From sequence record NC_006268.1: a stretch of DNA of 64,000 nucleotides, one strand, 5' to 3'. The position numbers and the translations under genes were made by a program. This document shows, piece by piece, positions 1 to 9,824 of this stretch. Position 1 is the first letter of the stretch, and each line of letters starts with the position of its first letter. The notes under the pieces are model-generated. The model did no database searches. It saw only the letters and a program-made list of their open reading frames with translations, and had not been told where the DNA came from.

Positions 1-2
1 AT

Positions 3-383
3 GATGCCTTAAAGGAAATTGAAGATGATTTAGAGAATGATACAGAGTTAAGGCGTGGAACATATAGGGCCTTAATGAAAGTTTTGGATGCAATGCAGGA
101 GCATGGCAAAAAGGGAGTAGGATATGGGAACGGCGCAGATGAAATAATGTATGACGCATACGATGCAGACGAGGAAGAATATAAGCCTGACGAAATAGAC
201 ACGGAAACACTACTATTAAACTTAGCGGAAACTTACGCACACTTTACAGCGCTACAAGCACTTTACAAAAACATTATTAACGACTATATAACTAATGAAA
301 CATTGGAAGATGCTGTAGAAGTCGCACTAAACAGGGCAAAAGCTGCGATAGGAATAATTTTAAACGGCTATAATAACAACTAA
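3..383 (+). CDS. Hypothetical helical protein, paralog family A (5' truncated by the window edge)
   Basis: The frame is open from base 3 (DALKEIEDDLENDTELRRGTYRALM...), so the track's ATG at 75 is internal. Aligns by eye with the C-terminal half of 5431-6384 (RGTY; ETYAHFTALQALY vs [13 protein letters not shown]). Confidence 0.8.
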   Translation, partial: DALKEIEDDLENDTELRRGTYRALMKVLDAMQEHGKKGVGYGNGADEIMYDAYDADEEEYKPDEIDTETLLLNLAETYAHFTALQALYKNIINDYITNETLEDAVEVALNRAKAAIGIILNGYNNN

Positions 384-596
384 ACGTTTTTTTCTTTTTA
401 GTACCCTTTTTAAGGTTTTTAGTGTTAATATTATAACGACCTTCTACTCAATATATCATTATTGCTAATTTAGAATCATAATACCTGGCGATTTTTAGGG
501 AGAGGGTTCTGGCATTTTTTGACGTTATTTAAGGGCATTAATACCGTTAAGAAGGACCAAAAGCTTTAAATACTTAAAAAACAAATATAATAGTAG

Positions 597-1502
597 GTGA
601 AATCGGGTATGTCTCAACCCCTTAACCAAACCCCCACGCAGGGGGCAAATCAAGACAAATTAAAAGAAAAAATAGGAAAATATATAAAAGATTTGGAAGA
701 TCTGAAGCTGGGTTACGATATAAACGATATACAAGAAGAGATCGTAGAAAGTTACAGCATAACGAAGGGCGTTAAAGAGGCACTAAAAGTGACATATGCC
801 ATTTTAACAGACTACTACAATGATGCTAAAGAAAAAAGCAAGTTGCTAAGTGATGCGTATAATAAAAATGCAATTAAAAGCATGTTTGATAACGCTATAG
901 AGCTTTATGCAGATTTAGCAGCAATTAATGCATTATTAAGATTAATGCGCTCGTTTAAGATAGAGCCTGAACCGACGCTCACGACGCCCTTATTTATAGA
1001 TTTTGCTAGTAAGGCGAAAGACACAGTAATACTACTAATAGGCAGGTACGTAAAAGACGTTAAAAAAGATGATCGGAGAACAATAATTAATAAAATATCT
1101 AAAGAGTTAAGCTGGACCATTTCATATCAAAACAAACTTGAAAGTGACTTCAAAGCATATGAAGAAGAATTTGAAGAGAAAGATGATATATCAGCAGGAG
1201 AATACAAGGTTCTAAAAAGAGCACTAAAGTTAATAAAATATTATTACTGGTTTGGCATAAGGCTCGCAAAAGAAACTAAGGCGATGATAAAGCGAGATGG
1301 TAAAAATGTTAACATGAGAAAAATAGCTTGGAAATTGACAGAAACGTATGCTACGATGACTATATCATTTGCGTTACACGATATTTTATGTAGCGACAAA
1401 TACGACGTATGTTACAAATGGTTTAATTATATTTTACTATTCCCTACCGAGGATGTTAAAGATGCGATAGAGGTGATTAGAGAGCATGCCTTAAGAGACT
1501 AA
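597..1502 (+). CDS. Hypothetical helical protein, paralog family A
   Basis: 301-aa ORF; likely start is ATG 609 after GGTGA. Two YA motifs (ELYADLAAINAL, ETYATMTISFAL) and C-terminal LCSDKYDVC. Confidence 0.85.
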   Translation: MKSGMSQPLNQTPTQGANQDKLKEKIGKYIKDLEDLKLGYDINDIQEEIVESYSITKGVKEALKVTYAILTDYYNDAKEKSKLLSDAYNKNAIKSMFDNAIELYADLAAINALLRLMRSFKIEPEPTLTTPLFIDFASKAKDTVILLIGRYVKDVKKDDRRTIINKISKELSWTISYQNKLESDFKAYEEEFEEKDDISAGEYKVLKRALKLIKYYYWFGIRLAKETKAMIKRDGKNVNMRKIAWKLTETYATMTISFALHDILCSDKYDVCYKWFNYILLFPTEDVKDAIEVIREHALRD

Positions 1503-1516
1503 TTTTTTTAAATTTT

Positions 1517-3766
1517 TTGTTTTATAATTTTAGCGAAGAAACAGTGTACGCCCTCAGGCGTAATCGCATAGAAGGTCAAGATTATATTAGGCTGATCGAA
1601 ACGGATAAATTTCCTGCCGACCTGATTAACGAGGCCTCAGCAAGAGAAAAAAGTAGAGGCGGAATGCCGCCGATATGGGAAATGGTCTTTTGGTGGACTA
1701 GGAAACCCTTAATAGGGGCTAGAGCAATTATCGCAGCCTCACTGCTGCCAGAGTCTGTTGATAAAAGCAAGTTTTTGCGCTTGATTAGGCTCGATAGTAA
1801 CGAATCAGTCATTTACCATAAATATAATCCAGCTGATATACCCTCGTTAAAGAAGTACTTTAAAAATGCTAAGCTTCTAGACCCCTTTGCAGGTTTTTGT
1901 TCAATACCTCTAGAGGCTATGCGGCTAGGCGTAGGGGAAGTCGTAGCTTCTGACCTTTTGCCTACGGCCTACATTTTTCTTAAAGCCATTTTGGAAATAC
2001 CTAAATGGGCCAGAGATAATGACCTTCATGAGACACTTATTAAAGATGTTGAGAAATGGGGCAATTGGATATTAGATGAGTTAAGAAAGGATCAAGAACT
2101 TCAAGAATTATACGATGATGACGCCGAAGGTTACATTGGTACATGGGAAATAAGATGCCCACATTGTAGTAATTATACACCACTAATAGGGAGTTGGTGG
2201 TTAGCGAGAAAGCCAAACGGAAAAAGAAATAAGAAAGAAAATGGTGGATTTAAAAGACTTGCCTGGATGGTACCAAATATCGTTGATAATAAGGTTGATA
2301 TAGATGTAATTGACCTTAATAAAGAATTATCTAGAGATAAAATAAATGCTAAAGTTGACGCTGAACAAGGAATTGTAGAAGTTTATGAGGAAGTAAACGG
2401 CGTACCTCAGCTTGAAAAAACTTATCACGTACAACAACCTAACGTAGATATAAAAAGAAACACTTCAAAATGCTTAGTATGCAATACCACGATAAAAGGG
2501 GGAAGGCAATTTTACGTTAAGGATGCGGTGAGGGATTGGAATGAAAACTTAGAAAAATACTTAGCGGGGGAGATAAGTAAAGAGCAATTATTAAATAGTA
2601 AGGTAAGACCACGAATAATAGTCAAAATAAAAAATGGCATAATCTTTGAGAAGGTAGAAGATCAAGAGAAGTTATGGAAGGCTTTAGAGATGCTTAAACA
2701 AATGTGGGGAGATCCTGATATACCAACGGAGCTCGCACAGAATTACGAAAGCCGCCACATGCCTATTAGTTTTGGCGTTGATAAGTTCTTTAAATTCTTT
2801 AATCCACGCCAGCTTTTAACTGCTGTTAAGTTTGTTAAATTACTACGTGAGGTTGGGAAGAGAGTTGAGGAAGAGAAATTAAAAGTATGGAATAAGGATA
2901 AGGCGAGAAAATACGCTGAAGCAATAGTTACGTATTTAGCAATGTTATTAGCTAAATTTGTGAATTACAGTTCGATTGGTACCGCCTGGGATGCTACTAC
3001 TGTTAAAAGTTTCGAGAGTTTTTCAATGCGAGGGCTGAGGATAATGTGGAATTGGGTAGATATTACTCCTTACAGTAAGCTGAGTGGATCTTTTATAAAA
3101 TCACTGCGCAGTGTATTAAGAGGCCTTCAATATCTTATTGACGCAATTTCGGACAGCCCTACTAGAGTCAGGGTTTTGTTGGATGACGCTACTAAACTAA
3201 ATAAGATTACAGAGAACTTCGATTTAATAGTTACCGACCCGCCATATTGGGATGATGTTCCCTATACAGAGCTTAGTGATTTATATTATGTATGGTTAAA
3301 AAGGGCTTTAAGTGATGTTAAGGAAGTTAATGGGGTTTTAAAGAGGGTTCCTAAATTTTATCCAGAGGCATTCTTTGATAATGCTGGGAATGAAATAGAA
3401 ACTCAGTGGAAGAAATTTGCAATTAGAGAAATTAGTAGATATAGGGGAAGAGTTAAGTACTTTTATAAAAATGTTGATGCCTCTGAGCATTTTAAACGAT
3501 TGCTGGCAGAAGCTTTTAAGACAATTGCAGATAGACTAAAGGAAAATGGAATTTTAGTAACGTATTATGCTCATCCCACTCCAGAGGCTTGGAATGCACT
3601 TTTAGAAGCTGGTTGGAGTAAGGCAGGTTTAAGAATAACTAAAACGCATTTATTTGTGACAGAATCTAGAACGCGGCTTACGGCGCAAGACAAAATTACA
3701 GTAAATACGTCGCTGGTCATAGTGTGGCGTAAGAGAAAGACGATGAAGAAACGTTTAAAAATATAA
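1517..3766 (+). CDS. DUF1156/COG1743-type adenine-specific DNA methyltransferase with Zn ribbons
   Basis: N-terminal FWWTRKPL motif, motif I DPFAGFCSIP, CPHC and CLVC Zn knuckles, motif IV TDPPY. Confidence 0.85.
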   Translation: MFYNFSEETVYALRRNRIEGQDYIRLIETDKFPADLINEASAREKSRGGMPPIWEMVFWWTRKPLIGARAIIAASLLPESVDKSKFLRLIRLDSNESVIYHKYNPADIPSLKKYFKNAKLLDPFAGFCSIPLEAMRLGVGEVVASDLLPTAYIFLKAILEIPKWARDNDLHETLIKDVEKWGNWILDELRKDQELQELYDDDAEGYIGTWEIRCPHCSNYTPLIGSWWLARKPNGKRNKKENGGFKRLAWMVPNIVDNKVDIDVIDLNKELSRDKINAKVDAEQGIVEVYEEVNGVPQLEKTYHVQQPNVDIKRNTSKCLVCNTTIKGGRQFYVKDAVRDWNENLEKYLAGEISKEQLLNSKVRPRIIVKIKNGIIFEKVEDQEKLWKALEMLKQMWGDPDIPTELAQNYESRHMPISFGVDKFFKFFNPRQLLTAVKFVKLLREVGKRVEEEKLKVWNKDKARKYAEAIVTYLAMLLAKFVNYSSIGTAWDATTVKSFESFSMRGLRIMWNWVDITPYSKLSGSFIKSLRSVLRGLQYLIDAISDSPTRVRVLLDDATKLNKITENFDLIVTDPPYWDDVPYTELSDLYYVWLKRALSDVKEVNGVLKRVPKFYPEAFFDNAGNEIETQWKKFAIREISRYRGRVKYFYKNVDASEHFKRLLAEAFKTIADRLKENGILVTYYAHPTPEAWNALLEAGWSKAGLRITKTHLFVTESRTRLTAQDKITVNTSLVIVWRKRKTMKKRLKI

Positions 3767-3780
3767 ACGCTAAACAAAAA

Positions 3781-4159
3781 ATGGGGATAAATAATTTCTG
3801 CACAAAGCGTAATTTCAGAACAATTAAAAAATCAACTAATCGAATTATTTACATGGGCAAAAAATAAAGTATTTGACGCAGAAAAATACAAAACTTCAAA
3901 ATACGACGGCTTTTTGTATAGGCAAGCAAACTGGGCGCTCTATATTTGCGATCTTCAAGAAATGCCTGATGTTAACGTTTACGTTCACGTTTATCCTGGA
4001 AAAACACCGCCTAATGTTCTAGTTTTAGTATTCGTGTATAATCCTTTCAAAACAAAGACTGATCGCGAGATCATTTCGAGGGCCTCAGACCACCTTTCTA
4101 GGGTAATAGACGAGCTGCGAAAAGATAATATCATCTTCGATTCCAACCTTTTCTACTGA
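3781..4159 (+). pseudogene. Hypothetical protein, apparently frameshifted near its 5' end
   Basis: The frame of track ORF 3914-4159 is open from 3791 but has no ATG. An ATG at 3781 is one base out of frame; removing one A from ATAAATAATT gives a 125-aa ORF (MGIIISAQSVISEQ...). Confidence 0.5.
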
Positions 4160-4205
4160 CGGAGTATCGGATCTTTTTAAATTCTTTTTAATAAATAATA
4201 ATGAG

Positions 4206-5270
4206 ATGAGTGAGCCGATCTTTGAAATAGATGAAAATGTTGAAGCATTGAAAAAGCTAAAATATAGGGAAGAAGGTGAGCAAAAGGAGCAATCTTTAAC
4301 TAAATTGATCTTTAAGTATTTAAATAATCTAAATTCTGAGCAAAACGTAGCAATGCTTGCTTATGATATATATGAAATTATTCTCATCCACATTGTACCT
4401 GAACTTAATAAGCTTCTAAGCAAGGCATATAGAGAACGCAATGTTGTTGATATGTTAGCTATAGCGGCTGATGTTTATGCCTCTTTGGAAGCCCTGAAGT
4501 CTGTAGTAAAGCTGGCTGCAGATTCTTCTACCATTCGCCCTGAAGAAAAAGAAAGAATTTTACGACCAATAAAAGAATTTATTGATAAATCGCACCATTT
4601 AATTGAAACAGCAGCAAAATATTACTATCCGCAAGACATTTATATTTCATCTAGTGAATTTACTGGATTACAAGAAGATGTGCTTGCTCTCAAAGAAGCT
4701 ATTGACAAAGTAGAGCAGAGACTGAAGGATGTAGAAGGTGGTGCTATACCTGACTGGAAACTTATAGAAGAAGAGGGTAATAGAAATATGGTTTATTTTC
4801 CACCGCGCGTAATTGAGCATCTAGTGTCGACTAAAGATGTTTTAGAACTGGCTTTAATGGAGGGTAAAGCGTTTTTATCTAAATATTTTGCCGAGCCTTT
4901 ACTAAAGTTCTTTGGACCAATTTTAAAGAAAAATAATCAAGATTTTTCTGAGCACATGAGCTTGCTGTTTCCGCCTGCTGAACTAATTCAAGCATATAGG
5001 CAAGCTTTGAACGAAATTAAACAGCGTTACGACGAGATGGTAAGATATGCACTTAAACTTAACGAAGATAATAGGAATTTTGCAGGCTTAATAAATGATT
5101 TAGCAAACATTTACGCGGATGCGTTTGCGATAAACCAGCTTGGCCTGCTTTTCTGCTTACCTCAAAAATATTCAATTTGTACCGCTGATCTTGGAATAAT
5201 TAGTAGTAAAATTGCATCTACAGCGCAAGAAATGATTGAAAACGCCGCGAAACATTATTACAGAAGGTAA
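4206..5270 (+). CDS. Hypothetical helical protein, probable divergent member of paralog family A
   Basis: 354 aa; DVYASLEALKSV and NIYADAFAINQL motifs; C-terminal FCLPQKYSIC resembles [18 protein letters not shown]. Confidence 0.75.
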   Translation: MSEPIFEIDENVEALKKLKYREEGEQKEQSLTKLIFKYLNNLNSEQNVAMLAYDIYEIILIHIVPELNKLLSKAYRERNVVDMLAIAADVYASLEALKSVVKLAADSSTIRPEEKERILRPIKEFIDKSHHLIETAAKYYYPQDIYISSSEFTGLQEDVLALKEAIDKVEQRLKDVEGGAIPDWKLIEEEGNRNMVYFPPRVIEHLVSTKDVLELALMEGKAFLSKYFAEPLLKFFGPILKKNNQDFSEHMSLLFPPAELIQAYRQALNEIKQRYDEMVRYALKLNEDNRNFAGLINDLANIYADAFAINQLGLLFCLPQKYSICTADLGIISSKIASTAQEMIENAAKHYYRR

Positions 5271-5379
5271 CTTTTTTTAGAAAAATTCTATCTTTTACTT
5301 ATAATACTTTACGGCTTTTAGGAGAGGATTCTCGATTCAAACTGCGTAAATTTACAGCTATAATACCGTAGGAATTGAG

Positions 5380-5400
5380 GGAAAGTTTTATAAGTATAAA
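5380..5400 (+). promoter_or_regulatory. Strong BRE-TATA promoter variant
   Basis: ggaaagttttataagtataaa upstream of 5431. Confidence 0.75.
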
Positions 5401-5430
5401 AAACAAAGTATAAAATCGGTGAGTTGATAT

Positions 5431-6384
5431 ATGTCACAAGTAAAGATAAATAATAAGGTAGATCTTATATTAAAAATACAAGAGAATATTAAAGATCTAA
5501 CTCAGTTTAAGGATGATTTTGGAACACATTACACAGTTAACAGTCTAGCGTCGGACCTTAAAATTATATGGAAAGAGATTGAGAGGAAAAACTTTACTTC
5601 AAAAAGTGTGCAAAGGGCTATAGAGTTGACGCTTAGCATTCTAGAAGGCGTTTACTACGATGAGGTGAGAGAGCATGCAGCAGTACTAAGTGTGGCGTTT
5701 AAGAAAAATTTTGATGCTAGAAGCGCATTTATGCGGGTTTTGGACATTTACGCAAATTTGAGGGCCATGCAAGCATTGTATGAGTTTATAAATGAAAATA
5801 TAAAGATAAATGCAGACTTTGTAAATACAGACATAATTACATTTACGCAAAAGGCATTTGATACGCTTACTACAATTGCCGATTACTATATACAGTATGG
5901 CAACATAGACAAAAGACAAGTGTTGGCAGAAGAGTTAGATAAGTATCTCTCACCATATTACGACATGATAGAAAACAGTCATGAGTACCTCGAGGGTGAT
6001 ATAGATGAGATTACCGCGATGCTCGAAGCGAATGAAGATCTTGCTAGGGGAACTTACAATGTATTAGCTGCTGCGATTGATAAGATGTGGGAGCATTACA
6101 ATAAAGGAATTACGTTTGCTAATCGCGCTAGACTAGTACTGGAAAAAGAAGCCTGGAACGAGGAGGAACAACAAATAGATGTGGAAAAAGTTGATTTTAA
6201 CGCGATTGCACAAAACCTGATAGAGGCATATGCAGAATTTAAGGCATTGCAAGCATTTTACGACGTGTTATGTAACGACACATATGAGCTATGCTTCGAT
6301 GATTTTCAAACGCATTTAGATGAGGCCCTAAAGAACGCTAAAGAGGCCTTACGTTTAATTGCTGAATCTTATATGATATCCTGA
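5431..6384 (+). CDS. Hypothetical helical protein, paralog family A
   Basis: 317 aa; [35 protein letters not shown]. Its upstream region is homologous to that of 597-1502. Confidence 0.85.
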   Translation: MSQVKINNKVDLILKIQENIKDLTQFKDDFGTHYTVNSLASDLKIIWKEIERKNFTSKSVQRAIELTLSILEGVYYDEVREHAAVLSVAFKKNFDARSAFMRVLDIYANLRAMQALYEFINENIKINADFVNTDIITFTQKAFDTLTTIADYYIQYGNIDKRQVLAEELDKYLSPYYDMIENSHEYLEGDIDEITAMLEANEDLARGTYNVLAAAIDKMWEHYNKGITFANRARLVLEKEAWNEEEQQIDVEKVDFNAIAQNLIEAYAEFKALQAFYDVLCNDTYELCFDDFQTHLDEALKNAKEALRLIAESYMIS

Positions 6385-6394
6385 AGAGGTAAAA

Positions 6395-7171
6395 GTGATG
6401 ATAGTCAGACTAGTATCATATTCGCCTGATGGTGAAAAGGTAGTAGCTATTGCGGCTAAAATGAGTAGGAGTAGGAAAGGTTGGGATTATCATGAAAAAG
6501 AAATGACTGATGAAGAGATTGAGACATGGATTAGGGATGCGATTCTACATGGGTATTGGTCTGTGTTAGAGCATTCAGTTTATACTTTTTCTATTGAGGG
6601 AATTTCTAGGGTTGCGTCTCATCAGCTTGTTAGGCATAGAATAGCCTCTTATACGCAAATGTCTCACAGGTTTGCTAGGCCAATAGATGAATATTATAAG
6701 CCAATAATACCTATTAGCATTAAAAAGAGGGATGTTCATGAGCTAGTTAACAAAGCTTACAATAATGCTTATGAAATTTATTATGAATTATTGAAGAGCG
6801 GAATACCCGAAGAGGATGCACGTTATGTTTTACCAAACGCTGTTAATACAAACATCGTAGTAACTATGAATGCTAGGGAATTATATAATTTCTTTTCCCT
6901 AAGGCTCTGTTCAAGAGCTCAATGGGAAATTAGAGCAATTGCATGGAGAATGTTAGAGGAAGTAAAGAAAGTTCACCCAAGATTATTTAGATATGCTGGA
7001 CCAAACTGCATAATACATGAGAATTTCATAAGAAATGAGTATATAACTTTAGATGATGTGCTTAAAAATCACAATATAGAGTTTATATCCCAAAGATGTA
7101 TTGAAGGAGTTAATAGGGATGGAATTATAAAATGCATCATTAACTCACGTGGGGTTATTAACTCGATTTGA
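6395..7171 (+). CDS. thyX: Flavin-dependent thymidylate synthase
   Basis: ThyX signature [11 protein letters not shown], plus GHxSVLEH-like HGYWSVLEH and [12 protein letters not shown]. Confidence 0.96.
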   Translation: MMIVRLVSYSPDGEKVVAIAAKMSRSRKGWDYHEKEMTDEEIETWIRDAILHGYWSVLEHSVYTFSIEGISRVASHQLVRHRIASYTQMSHRFARPIDEYYKPIIPISIKKRDVHELVNKAYNNAYEIYYELLKSGIPEEDARYVLPNAVNTNIVVTMNARELYNFFSLRLCSRAQWEIRAIAWRMLEEVKKVHPRLFRYAGPNCIIHENFIRNEYITLDDVLKNHNIEFISQRCIEGVNRDGIIKCIINSRGVINSI

Positions 7172-7190
7172 AGTGATGAAAACTTATTTA

Positions 7191-7230
7191 CGAATTTCGG
7201 ACTTTTGCTATATACAGGAACTTCGAACTT
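7191..7230 (-). repeat. Inverted 40-bp core of the 139-bp repeat
   Basis: Reverse complement of cgaatttcggacttttgctatatacaggaacttcgaactt matches 50672-50711 with 1 mismatch. Confidence 0.9.
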
Positions 7231-7286
7231 TGATCACTAAATTTTTCCCTTTTTTAAGTTTCATTAGTACGAGAAAAATTCATGAC

Positions 7287-7334
7287 GGTAGTAAATTTAC
7301 AGAATTGTCATTACAATTCTACAAATTTATGGAA
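7287..7334. repeat. 48-bp palindromic element (box-TTGTCATTACAA-box)
   Basis: ggtagtaaatttacagaa ttgtcattacaa ttctacaaatttatggaa. Confidence 0.85.
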
Positions 7335-7467
7335 ACCCCTTTTTTCCCTTATGTTTTTATGACTATAATGTTATGTTAACATGTAATTTTACGTTTTTCA
7401 CTATGGAGCTTATGATAGAAAGTTTTATAAGCTTAAATGACCATACTAATAATCGGTGGGAAACATG
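7335..7467 (+). promoter_or_regulatory. Triplicated promoter cassette, copy 1 (BRE-TATA AGAAAGTTTTATAAGCTTAAA at 7417-7437, SD GGTGG)
   Basis: Collinear similarity with 9372-9503 and 14120-14251. Confidence 0.85.
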
Positions 7468-7917
7468 ATAGATATCGTTCCAGATGGTTTAAGTAAAGAA
7501 TCGTGGGAAAGTATAAGGGAAGAAGTCGCACAAGACCAAGAAGGCCTTCAATTTTTGCAAGGATTCGGTCTTGAAAATCCTGAAAATGCAACATTGGATG
7601 AGATAATTTATGTGCTATCAAAAATCTTAAGAACTTTAGAAGATAATACGAAAATCCAAGAATATCTTGTTCATCTTCAAGAAGTCTTGCAGATGTACGT
7701 GCATATCGAAAGCTGGAGAGACGTTCTTGCCTTAAATGTAGTTTACGTCGTTCCTGAATATGAGAATGAAAGAGCAAAAAAGGCCCACAGAATCCTGATG
7801 TTCTATTTCATGCAGCATCTTCAGCTCAAACTTAATCAAACTCCATTAACAATGAAGAGGGCGAGATTTGTAAGGAATACAATCAAAACCATACGCGAAA
7901 TGGTATTTAATATATAG
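7456..7917 (+). CDS. Hypothetical protein
   Basis: About 150 aa; likely start ATG 7465 downstream of the conserved promoter cassette and GGTGG SD. Confidence 0.75.
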   Translation: MGNMIDIVPDGLSKESWESIREEVAQDQEGLQFLQGFGLENPENATLDEIIYVLSKILRTLEDNTKIQEYLVHLQEVLQMYVHIESWRDVLALNVVYVVPEYENERAKKAHRILMFYFMQHLQLKLNQTPLTMKRARFVRNTIKTIREMVFNI

Positions 7918-7934
7918 GGAAAAATGATAAGGGT

Positions 7935-8798
7935 ATGAAGATCGTTTTAGGCCTGCCTGATGAAAGAGTGAAGTTATGGAAGTTAGGTGTACCGTTAATG
8001 ATTAATCAGTTGGTATGGGACAATGTAGAATGGGAAAATGAAACATGGGTAGATTCTGGTGGCTATCAAATAATGGTTAGAAAAATGCAGATTAGTGTAG
8101 ATGCCGTATTAGATAAATACAAGAGGCTTGATGCAGACTATTACATTAGTCTCGATATACCTGCAACACCTTGCGAAAAGCCTTCAGAGCTTAATTTCAA
8201 GCACTTTGAGTACTTATACACGAGACTAGATAAGAATATAATACCAGTCATTCACGCTTATGATGTTGAAAGTATTAAAAAGGCTATTGATTTCTACTCT
8301 CAATATACGGATTATATCGCCTTTGGTGGGATAGTTCCACCATCTCTTAATAAGGTAGCTAGCCAAAAGCTAGCAGTTGCAATGTACCGCCTTGTTAGGA
8401 AAGAATGGAAGGGTAAAATTCACGTTTTAGGTGCTGGTTCTCCTTTCATGAGAAAGGTTTTTTATGATGCTGATAGTGTTGACACATCAACTTATAGAGT
8501 AAAGGCAATACATGGTATGGTGTTATTGCCTGGAAAAGGAGAAAGATATGTTGGAGAGAGAAAAATAAGTTGGGGGGCTAGACGAATTAGTGAAGATGAA
8601 CTTGAATCGCTAAAGGCTTTTCTAGAGAAGACTCACTACCCATTTCCTATAAGGGTTGATAATTGGATAGATAGATCACTTGTTAACGCATGGGTTTTGT
8701 TACACAGTGAGTATGAGGAAGATAATCCTCTTATCAGATATGCACACAACATAACAGACCCAGAGGCTGAGATAAATGAGTTATGTAGAAAGCTGTGA
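7935..8798 (+). CDS. tRNA-guanine transglycosylase-fold protein, DpdA-like (probable DNA 7-deazaguanine inserting enzyme)
   Basis: TGT motifs DSGGYQ, SLDIP, PVIH, FGG, HVLGAG, DSVDTSTY. No CxCxxC Zn site and no PUA domain. Confidence 0.85.
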   Translation: MKIVLGLPDERVKLWKLGVPLMINQLVWDNVEWENETWVDSGGYQIMVRKMQISVDAVLDKYKRLDADYYISLDIPATPCEKPSELNFKHFEYLYTRLDKNIIPVIHAYDVESIKKAIDFYSQYTDYIAFGGIVPPSLNKVASQKLAVAMYRLVRKEWKGKIHVLGAGSPFMRKVFYDADSVDTSTYRVKAIHGMVLLPGKGERYVGERKISWGARRISEDELESLKAFLEKTHYPFPIRVDNWIDRSLVNAWVLLHSEYEEDNPLIRYAHNITDPEAEINELCRKL

Positions 8799-9339
8799 AC
8801 ACTTAGAGAAATATCTTGGCTCAAATAATGAACCAATAATAAAAAAGCCTGGCTTTGACCCATTCCAACACTCTGTCGTAAGGAAATGGCATGAGTACTT
8901 TCTCAATAACTGGTATTCCAAAAAAGAAAAAGAAATAGCGCTTTTACTGCCTTGCACATCAGTTAAGCCTTATAATAGGTCAGCTACTCATAAATTAGCA
9001 TACTCGTTATTGAGGAAATATAAACTTGAGGATAAGGTTCAGGTTTACTCTGTCTCTGAGCCGATGTTGTTAGTCCCTAGAGAATTAGAGAACTGTTACC
9101 CTTTCAATTCTTATGATTATCCCCCTTCTTTGATGACTGAAGAAGAAAAACAAGAGTTTATCAGACTACTTTCCATTGCCTTATCTCACATTCACAAGAT
9201 TCATAAAAGAATAGTGGCAGTTTTGCCTAAGCATCATTACAAGATAGTTTATGAGGCTTCTAAAAACATCCCAATCGAACTTTATCCTTATGGCAAATTA
9301 GCTTTTAAAACGATAGCAAATGTTATAATGAAGATATGA
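8776..9339 (+). CDS. Archaeosine synthase ArcS-like (DUF5591) protein
   Basis: Exact ArcS motif PC-x3-KPY-x2-S-x2-H (PCTSVKPYNRSATH) plus SEPMLLVPRELE; overlaps the TGT-fold gene by 23 nt. Confidence 0.85.
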   Translation: MSYVESCEHLEKYLGSNNEPIIKKPGFDPFQHSVVRKWHEYFLNNWYSKKEKEIALLLPCTSVKPYNRSATHKLAYSLLRKYKLEDKVQVYSVSEPMLLVPRELENCYPFNSYDYPPSLMTEEEKQEFIRLLSIALSHIHKIHKRIVAVLPKHHYKIVYEASKNIPIELYPYGKLAFKTIANVIMKI

Positions 9340-9348
9340 ACAACTATA

Positions 9349-9371
9349 GACAATTCACCAATTTTATAGAA
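9349..9371. repeat. Right half of the palindromic element
   Basis: gacaa ttcaccaattttatagaa, 10 nt after the ArcS-like stop. Confidence 0.7.
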
Positions 9372-9503
9372 GCCCCTTTTTCCCCTTGTGTCTTTTGTTA
9401 CTACCGTTTATATTTTCACGTAATTTTACGTATTTGACTATGAAGCTCATGGTAGAAAGTTTTATAAGCTTAAAGTGTCACAGTGATAATCGGTGGGAAA
9501 ATG
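9372..9503 (+). promoter_or_regulatory. Triplicated promoter cassette, copy 2 (BRE-TATA at 9454-9474)
   Basis: Drives the multi-RHH array; identical 21-bp core. Confidence 0.85.
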
Positions 9504-9821
9504 GCAGAAAACGAAACCATAAAACTTGTAACTTTCAGATGCGAAGATAGTCTGTTTTTAAAGCTTGAGGAAGAGGCTAAAAAAGCTAACACCACTAAAA
9601 CGGCAATTATAAAGGCTGCAGTGACACGGCTTTTACAGCACAGTATTGATGAGATAAGGGAGTTAAACAAAAGAACTCCGACCTATTCGGGCAAACGCGT
9701 AATCACAATAATGCTTCCTGAGAGTCTTAACACACAACTAAATGCTATTGCAGAAAAAATAAGTACCAACAAGAGTGACTTGATAAGGACTGCGATAGTA
9801 GCTTATTTCAAGATAGCATAA
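9483..9821 (+). CDS. Tandem ribbon-helix-helix protein (2 RHH modules)
   Basis: LVTFRCEDSLFLKLEEEAKKANTTKTAIIKAAV and VITIMLPESLNTQLNAIAEKISTNKSDLIRTAI; likely start ATG 9501. Confidence 0.85.
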   Translation: MIIGGKMAENETIKLVTFRCEDSLFLKLEEEAKKANTTKTAIIKAAVTRLLQHSIDEIRELNKRTPTYSGKRVITIMLPESLNTQLNAIAEKISTNKSDLIRTAIVAYFKIA

Positions 9822-9824
9822 GAG

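Noticed and set aside
5361-5385. TAATACCGTAGGAATTGAGGGAAAG resembles a Sulfolobales CRISPR repeat end (AGGAATTGAAAG), i.e. a possible solitary repeat unit
   Set aside because: Only about 9 nt match, and the GAAAG is explained as the BRE of the promoter at 5380.
7149-7379. 76-aa ORF after thyX
   Set aside because: It runs through the repeated 40-bp core, palindrome and promoter cassette, whose other copies are not open.
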